DNA of 57,237 bases, counting the filler, from Sphacelaria rigidula (Eukaryota), in assembly GCA_964200075.2 (NCBI GenBank). It is 6 parts of 6 records of this genome, joined end to end, with 100 filler letters (N's around TTAATTAATTAA, not from the genome) between each part and the next. Parts side by side here need not be neighbours in the genome. Positions count along the whole stretch, not along the records: positions 47,783 to 57,237 come from CAXNAA020008458.1; 5 more parts are not named here. One strand, 5' to 3'. Below the pieces are notes generated by a model that did not search any database, was not told where the DNA came from, and worked only from the letters and a program-made list of their open reading frames with translations. This document shows positions 49,324-57,237 of this stretch, in pieces. Position 1 is the first letter of the stretch; each line of letters opens with the position of its first letter. The position numbers and the translations under genes are program-made.

Positions 49324-50569
49324 CGCAGGGATGCCCTTGTGACAAGGATACATCCCTACACAAGTACTTCACAGAGGGGACCTGAAGAAATGTACGTAAG
49401 CAATGGTTGGTACTATGAAGATACCACGAACCCTAACGCTAACCCTAACCCTAACATCGACCAAGGCTACCGACAACTCTTGGGCAAGGGGAGTGCAGAG
49501 TGTTTCTTAAGGGCCGTCATTATTGACACAGCTTTTTAGGAGATCGCCAAGATTTTAGGCGCTTTCGCACCTAGCGCTTGGCCTTCTCCGAAAATGAAGT
49601 GGCTAGATTTTTCCGCTAAGCCTTCACATTTGGCGAACGCCAAATATTTCGGACCGCAGCGCAATACTCCGCAGAGCTGCCTTTGGCGGACGGCATGACG
49701 CTCAAAAAAGCGCCGCGGGTTGGCGGTGTCAATTTTCTTAGACCGTGTGTGCCCCGGCAGCGGCGTTGGAGCTGATGGGGTCAAGCACGGTAGTCGTCGT
49801 TTGCAGACAAACGCACTATCGAAGTCAAGAGCAGAAACAATGCAGTAACTACCTACTTGCCTGCAGTGCTGCTTCGAGTGTACGCTACTGCACCGTCTGA
49901 AAAGTGTATAGCTGGTGGTTTTATTTGGTGTATCTGCGCATACAACTCACAGAGAGTAAGCATGCTGCAATCTATGCACGGGGCATTCTACAGTCGGTAT
50001 TTTTACTCATATGTGCTCCTTCAGCATCCCGAGAGAGCCAGTCGATCACGCCCTAGCCTGTCCGACTGCCCCCTCATGTCACATAGAGGTTGTGAGAAAT
50101 TTCTTCGCCACAGTTATGAACGCCATAGACGGCAGGTAGCATAACCCTGTCCTTTATTTTGCCGGCGAAGGCAAGCAAACGACGAGATCAGCACCATCTG
50201 TAATGAGATATCTAACAGCAAAAGTAAAATTTAGATAATAACGAGCCCTAGGCGATTGCCGGAAATTCAGACCTTCTCCCATTTTTTTCATTTGACGGTG
50301 ATGAAGGCCCTACTAAGGAAAGCGTGCGTTGCGAGAGCTCAAATCGACGCCTTTAAGCCGATTTTGGACCAAAACACGTTTTGGACGACCTGGGTCTACT
50401 GCTGCTCATTACTGCTCACCTTCCCCAAATCACGGATTTTAATAGAACTTTCTTGAGTCTGAAATCAACTATAATCAAGTACCAATCATCACATTGGAAA
50501 ATGCGGGTATATGATATGATGGGTGAAATTGTGGCCAAGGGTGTGCATTCGAAGTCGTACGTGACCTGT

Positions 50570-50864
50570 AACAACGTGAGATTGAGAGTCGAGCGCTGAT
50601 TGAGAGTGGCTATGGTCATTCAATCTAACTTGCCCGTTTTTTTATGCCGTGCGTGCTTTTCTTTGCCTCCATCACTGGCTTGTGCTTATAGTTACATCAT
50701 CGATATCCTACTCAGGGATATCAAGGGCGTCAGTGGCATGCTACTACAGAAAGCATATCGGGCCTCGCGGAGGGGTATTTCGGAACTGAAACGATTTATT
50801 CACTCATCGATCGCTTCTCACTCTCAATCGTATCCTCTACTCTCAATCTCACGAAAACATTGTT
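50570..50864 (+). mobile_element. AAC...GTT MITE family A, full copy
   Basis: Aligns with 55687-55986; flanks ctgt/ctat. Confidence 0.82.
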
Positions 50865-50974
50865 CTATTGTGTCTGTTTGTCCACGTCTCTTTATTTTTC
50901 GCGGAGGGCAATAAATACCTGCTCGATCGTCGCGGACAAAGCGATGACTCGCGCGTTTTTTCTCTGTTTATTCA

Positions 50975-51232
50975 GAGTGATGCTGCGATAGGGTCAGCAC
51001 TTTTACGGCCTGAGAGAAGAATTGTTAGGAACCCTTTATCTCATCCAAAACACGACTTTCGAAATAGGTGAGAGTACGCCAGGGTTTTTCTTCCAATTTG
51101 CTAGGGACATCCCGAATGAATTTGCAAACGGGGATATCCTGACCCATATTCTTGTGTAGTTCCTAATTTTAGGAACCCCTGAATCAGGCCGGTTTTGGCC
51201 CCAAAAGTGCAGACCCTATCGCAGCATCACTC
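50975..51232 (+). mobile_element. Sola-like MITE (TSD TTCA)
   Basis: Perfect 21-bp TIR gagtgatgctgcgatagggtc; ttca on both sides. Confidence 0.85.
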
Positions 51233-52429
51233 TTCAACCCATGTATATCATGCACATGTATCGTTTCGCATTTTTCACCACTTTTGCCGAGTTTTCTGTG
51301 CCAACAAGGCATTTTTCCCCACGCTTTCTTTTGCAGCGCACTGATAGGGCGTACGAACTATATTTTATACTTTCGATTTGCGTCACCCCCGGGAGGCCCA
51401 TACCAACCCGAAAGAGAATATTGTATAATATATGATATATAATATATAATATATTATATATCATATATGATATAATATGTACCGTTCATTATATATCATA
51501 TATGTACATGTGTCATTTCACAATTTTCACCGCTTTGCCGACTTTTCTCTGGCGGCGAGGCATTTAACGCCATAGAAAAGGGATCGATCGGGAGGCGGAA
51601 GCAACCGGGAGAAGGGACCTCTGTTGGAATGGTCTGTGAAATGATTGAAATACATGTATACATGATGTGAGAGAAGATAGGCTTTGGTAAACACAGGCGA
51701 AGCGAATATGCGTATTAGAGGTATGGGGATAATTAACACGAATCTGTGCACTCAGAAGAAGATAGAGTGGGTACAGTGACAGTTGAGCTCGCAGGCTGCG
51801 ACGGATCCTGCCGGCCTCATCATCAATCTTCGCCCAGTTATGGACGAACGCTCGAAGAAACCCAGCAAACAAGCGTCGCTTATGGTCCGCTGTATATGTG
51901 AGGGTTGGGAGCTGAATGTTTCCGCTTCAAAAATTTCGACAGTCGAAGATTAAGCTCCTGTCGCGCGACCAGTGGGTAGTGCCACGGATCCTTGCCGACG
52001 TACCTGGCACTGGGGGCAACACCCCGGTACAGACAGTTCCATCACTACCGGGACGGCCGTGCAAACAGGCCGGCAGCCGAAATGGCCGTTGCACTGGTGT
52101 TCTTCTAGCGTTATCAAATCGAAGTACGGCCGCACAGGCTTTGCACGCGAATATTTCGGTGATTACCTCACTTCCACTCCGGTCATGTGCTGTGGATGAT
52201 TCCACGATCTCACCGCCTGATATGTATGGATATAATAGATCTTTACTTTTTTCAGTACGTTTCTTGTCTATTGCAACTTATTATTAGTAGTATTATTATT
52301 AGTATATATTATTATTATTATCCTATATATTATTAGGCTGAATGATCCGCCGCTCCATACTGGAATCAAGTAAGCGTGTGATCCTTCTCGGAACACTAAT
52401 TTACACTTCCCCAACCACAATCACACCCA

Positions 52430-52920
52430 ACAAGTATGGCCAGAGTGCAACTGTTCTTCCATGGAACAGCATCACATATTATGCCGATACCCGATTTGTT
52501 TCAAAAAAAAGGTTTTGAAAAATTGAACAAGAGCTAGCGCATCTCACTGCTGTCCGTGACATATACTGTTCGCGGGCAGAGCCCGACTATCACATCCACA
52601 GGTACTGTCTTCACGCTTCACTACACGAAAAGGCACAGACAACAGCACTGTACCTTCACGGCGCAGCTCACATTTCCCGGCCGTGAGATATACTGTTGGT
52701 GGATACATGGCCAAGGAAAGATCCAACAATGGGCTTTCATGCGGGACATGTAGTACCACGTATGCTGATACCCGATCTGTTTCGAAAAATGGAACAAGCA
52801 CTGGCGCATCACAAGATATACTACCCGAGATATACATTTTCTTCGCGGATAGAGCCCGACTATCCCACCCACAGCTACTGTCTTCATGCTTTCTTCTGCA
52901 TGCACGAAAACGCCACACAT
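52430..52920. repeat. Diverged direct duplication, ~280-bp period
   Basis: gatacccgat-tgtttc...gaacaag...gcgcatc...agagcccgactatc...tactgtcttca occurs twice. Confidence 0.75.
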
Positions 52921-53316
52921 TGCTCACCGATTGCCCACCAATTGTTTATATCTCACACAATCCCCGCTTACTCCTCGGGGCTTGCACCCCACTGTCCCAA
53001 GATGAGCGCGATTATCTTTACTATCGGGGGCGGTATTCACCAAACACCTGTTTTTTTTGTCACAAATCCATCGCCCCCCTCGCCGCTATCAGCGCTTGGA
53101 GGTGTGTCTCCTCACTACAGTCCTGACCGGCGCCCGCCTTCCTGCGTCCATATTATCGCTCATTCTCCTCTTCATGTGTCACCACTCATCGGCATTACAC
53201 ACTTGGCTTGTGGCGTAGCGTGCTGTACCTAAAATATCCCTCTACCGCGGGCGATTGTGTACTGCATGTTCCATCATGTTTCATCATCGCTTCGGGTATG
53301 AGTGCGCCACTGTTGA

Positions 53317-53417
53317 CCCTTAGACCGCGAGGTTAGTCTTCTTCTGTTGAATCGACATCAATTTCAAGTGAAAAAAAGTATGCATGATCCAGACAGACTA
53401 ATCTCGCGGTCTAAGGG
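53317..53417. mobile_element. piggyBac-like mini-MITE, copy 2
   Basis: cccttagaccgcgag...ctcgcggtctaaggg; flanks ttga/gtta. Confidence 0.7.
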
Positions 53418-54224
53418 GTTACGTTCTCTCCCGTTTCCATCGGGAAGCGATTTTCAATAACACACAAAAAAAATGTGGTGTCTGCAGCGTGTACGGATTT
53501 CGAAGCCTTGAACAAACTTGACAAACTTTACCGTCTCTGCATATATGTGACCACAGAAGGCGTCCGCATCAGATGCCCGGTACGAATGTACCGCACAGAT
53601 ATCGGAACGGTTTTTAACAACGACAACAACAACAACAACAACAACAACAACATATATGTAGAACAAACAATTTGCATGGCAGTCGCGAAAACGGATCTGT
53701 ACGCAGATCAGGGAACCTCAGATCCGGAAAGGCATTGTACGGACCCCAACTTCGGCAACATCGGGGAGGCTCAGATTTGTTCGTCACGATTTGAGAACGG
53801 TTTCACACGAATCTGAGCGAAGACCCGTGGAAAATCGAGGTCCCCCGAATCTGCAGCAACTGATGTACGTATGTTGACGTACAGACAGTGATACCCGGGC
53901 AACAGGCGTTTGATATTTTTGCAACATCAGCACCAGACAGTCTCATGACAGCACAGAGGATGCCTGCGAGCGCCGGCCGCTGCAGCAGCTCCGCACGGGG
54001 TTTGACAAGCGAATAAGAAGTGTTGACGCGTACCCTGCGGTGGATTTGTAGGATGTGTTCAGCGTAACGTTGAATAGCTAACACAAGAACGTAATGTTGG
54101 ATAGCTGTCTTCAACACCCGGTCGATGGGTTCAGCGGTGACCGTGTCCATGATACATTACTGCTGCTGTTACTCCTGCTGGGTGATGGTCACTCGCTTAT
54201 GCGTGCATTTGAGCGTGTGTGTGT

Positions 54225-54320
54225 GTCTACTCATACCCCATCCAAGAGCGGTGGACCGGCAAGGGCCGTTCGTCACAGATGCATATATACTCTTCGGAAC
54301 TTTCAAATCAAGATAACTGC

Positions 54321-54364
<44 letters not shown>

Positions 54365-54460
54365 CATACTGTACCCCATCCAAGAGCGGTGGACCGGCAA
54401 GGGCCGTTCGTCACAGATGCATATATACTCTTCGGCACTTTCAAATCATGATAACTGCGG
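54225..54460. repeat. ~95-bp direct duplication separated by a (TG)n tract
   Basis: taccccatccaagagcggtggacc...gataactgcgg occurs twice, nearly identical. Confidence 0.9.
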
Positions 54461-54702
54461 ACAAAACTCTGTACTGGAAAAATTGAAACTGCAAGAAAAC
54501 TCAAATAAAGATAATTGCGGATAAACGTTGGCATGTTGGCAGTCCACAAACACAAACGTCAGTGGCACCGCCCCTTCCCAACATGAGCGTTTTGCTTTGC
54601 TTGTGTATTTACTGAAGAGGCATTGGTCGACACGGTACGTCGTGAACCGCTTGACATTGTAATTCATTGTCCAGGGTGTGGATTCTTGATTCTGCGAGTC
54701 GT

Positions 54703-54870
54703 TCGCCCCCGTGGCTCAGTCGGTAACCTCGGAATCTTCTGATGGTTGAGTCGTGGGTTCGAATCTCGGTGCTGTCACACGATCTATCTGGGATTTTTTC
54801 TCGCACAATGCCCAACAACAGTGGAGAGCGACTATGTCGTACACACGTGGACAGATAGCACCCTGTGGGG
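54703..54870 (+). mobile_element. tRNA-derived SINE 5' part
   Basis: A-box tggctcagtcgg and B-box ggttcgaatct; body like 39944. Confidence 0.75.
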
Positions 54871-55134
54871 CGCACTGTGCAGGGTCCGTACAGGGTCCTC
54901 CACAGTCTTTGTGAAAAAAGAACTGACAGTGAAATGCAAAATCTGTACCCGTCGCAGCGTTTCGATAGGGTTTTCCCCAGGGTTGGATTTGCAGCCCTGT
55001 TTAGGCACGTCGGCAAAGCCCTGCACAGTCATGTGGTGGCAGTGTTTTGGTGAAAAAACCTCATGTGTTTTTTTCCGAAAATTCCAAATATTTTGGTACA
55101 AAATCTGTAAATTTATATATCTACAATACCTTGT

Positions 55135-55635
55135 CCTCCTGTTCGAGGTAAATTCCTCTTCACCCGATTTGAATCGAGCGAAAAATAATTTATTTTGAAC
55201 AGCAGGACAAGCTAGATCCAAAACAAATCCTCTTCTCGCCCAATTTATTTCGGCAAGAAATAGGATTTATTTAGAAGAGCAGAGGAAGCTGTTCAAGATT
55301 GATCCTTTTTTCGCCCATTTTTGAAATGAGCGAAAAAGTGATCTATTTCGAACAGCTTCTGCTGCTGCGCAAATCCCATGCACACTGTCAGATTCGGAAT
55401 TTGAACAGCAGAACAAGCTCGAAATAAGTAGTTACTTTTCCCTCCAATTCCATCCAGAGATTGGGCGAAAAGAAATTTATATTGCGAGCAGCATCAGCTG
55501 CTGGGCAAATCCCGCATACTGCATCGTCACCGGCGCATGGGATCCGACACGAAGAAAAAGTTGCTGGAGGGTATTCATCATTTTTCGCCCCAGTCCATGT
55601 GTACATGGACTAAAGGATGAATAGCTCTCAACCGC
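55135..55635. repeat. Tandem array of ~60-75-bp imperfect hairpins
   Basis: For example gctgttcaagattgatccttttttcgcccatt-tttg-aaatgagcgaaaaagtgatctatttcgaacagc (55288-55356), with related units near 55139, 55211, 55417 and 55570. Confidence 0.65.
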
Positions 55636-55686
55636 TTTCGCTGAATAGAGATCCCACACGTTGGACACGTGTGTATGTCCACACCT

Positions 55687-55986
55687 AACAACGTTTTCGT
55701 GAGATTGAGAGTAGACCGTTGATTGAGAGTGGCTTTGATCATTCGCTTCAACTTAGCCATTTTTTCATTCCGTGTGTCCTTTTCTTCACCTCTATCACTG
55801 ACGTGTGCTTACAGCTACACATCGGTATCCTACTCAGGGATATCAAGGGCCTCAGTGGCAAGCTATTACAGAAAGGATATTGGGTCTCATGGAGGAGCAT
55901 TTCGGAACTGAAACGATTCATTCACTAATTGACCGCGTTTCACTCCCAATCGTATCCTCTACTCTCAATCTCACCAAAACATTGTT
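55687..55986 (+). mobile_element. AAC...GTT MITE family A, 300-bp reference copy
   Basis: TIR aacaacgttttcgtgagattgagagtaga / tctactctcaatctcaccaaaacattgtt; exact TSD ACCT. Confidence 0.88.
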
Positions 55987-57176
55987 ACCTGTGCTTCGTC
56001 TGAAGCTTTTGGGAAGGTGGGAAGATGCCAAGTGATCGGGTATACCTCGTCAAAGTATCTACATTTTTCACAAAACCCCGTCTTGCGTTCTCTACCAACA
56101 CAAACCATGTTCAGAAAATATCACTTCACCAATCGTATATGAATAGTATATGTGGACCATCACTCCGTATATTCATCACCGCACACAAATCAAACATCAA
56201 TAAACGCATATACCCGCCATGCAGCTATACCACCACAACCCCGCAGCAAAGATCACGGGTTGGGCACAGGGATATATATAGACACATATACACACTGCCG
56301 TGCGGGTGGATATGATGTACTTCTCGTTGGTGGAAACTTGAGCACCTTCTTACATGGCGGTCGCAACATCGCGCGCGGCGACGACATACGCGGTCGGGTG
56401 CGTATATATAGGCGGGTGCGAGGAACAATATCAACCGGCCGCCTATACTATGCAAAGCACTCACCATATGCATGCTGCGGACGCACCGCGACATAACATA
56501 CAAGGGCTTCGGACGTGGGGGCCTACGGCCCCCTCGTCCTTCGGTGACTGTGGTGTCATAACGTTTAGACTTGTGAGAAATGTTACCAAGAGTGACGGTG
56601 ATGTTGGAAAGAAGGAGGACAGACTTGGCAGGAGTTGAATTGAGAACCACATCGGAGCCGGAAATGTGAAGGACTGTTGATGAAGGAAAGCACAGTTGAT
56701 GTCAACATGACAACAATTTAGGGATAACGATCTAACTACAACGTTAGAAGCTAACACGCCGTTCAAGACGACGAAAAGAACGTTCAGAACCTGTCGTAAT
56801 ATTTAGCTACTGTTGAAGGTCAGCTGCCGACGTTCAACAGTACAGTAGTCAGCGTCAGAAGTATGCAGAATCCGTAGTTGCTTAGTTTCTCAAAGATTGT
56901 CCATATTTGTTTTGATTGCCACCGCTCATCACGGTGATTGTTGGATGCAAAAAAATGGGCATCCGGAGATATTTGAATCTGATCTGTTGACAAATCTTCA
57001 AAGAAACATAATCTGCGATCGATCATGAGTGACTTACGGGCTTGACCGATCTTCGGGGTTCCCGCGAAAATACGACCCCAGGCTCTTCTAGCTTTTCAGT
57101 GTTTTCGGTGGACCGACTCGATCCAGATAAAATAAATAAAGACTCAAAAAGGATCGTTTTTTGAAATTCCACCTAA

Positions 57177-57237
57177 AACAGTGTTTTCGTGAGATTGAGA
57201 GTAGATGATACGATTGAGAGTGGCTTTGATCATTCGC
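57177..57237 (+). mobile_element. Left end of AAC...GTT MITE family A, cut by contig end
   Basis: aacagtgttttcgtgagattgagagtaga... Confidence 0.8.

Noticed and set aside
51927..52205. Cys-rich transposon zinc-finger exon
   Set aside because: Cys spacing fits no domain I can name, and there are no supporting exons.
54703..54775. tRNA gene
   Set aside because: A and B boxes are present, but there is no proper acceptor stem or anticodon arm, and it continues into a body shared with other SINE copies.

Overview
Eukaryotic, repeat-rich DNA, most likely from a brown alga (inferred from long GT-AG introns, TTAGGG telomere-type motifs and LINE/SINE families I recall from Phaeophyceae; not verified). 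The window is not one locus. It is six contigs of 9455-9457 bp joined by 100-bp N44-TTAATTAATTAA-N44 linkers, so adjacency across linkers means nothing. Host genes: a 4-exon minus-strand tRNA-binding OB-fold protein (EMAP II/Arc1p-type; 2387-8072) and the last two exons of a protein kinase-like gene (23705-25490). Pseudogenic pieces: an isolated glutamate synthase exon, a hAT dimerisation domain, and a spliced, disrupted Cys/His-rich gene next to a P-element-like terminus. The rest is mostly non-autonomous transposons with recognisable termini and target-site duplications (TSDs): hAT, EnSpm-like, Sola-like, piggyBac-like, Ginger-like, Helitron-like, LTR remnants and tRNA-derived SINEs. The most unusual signals are a LINE family inserted repeatedly at poly-C tracts and ending in a covarying RNA structure rather than poly-A, two MITE families with AAC...GTT ends and 4-bp TSDs, a 1.16-kb palindrome, a 42-bp palindromic array and a tandem hairpin array. 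I found no CRISPR array, rRNA or intact tRNA gene, and I cannot demonstrate a complete novel system.
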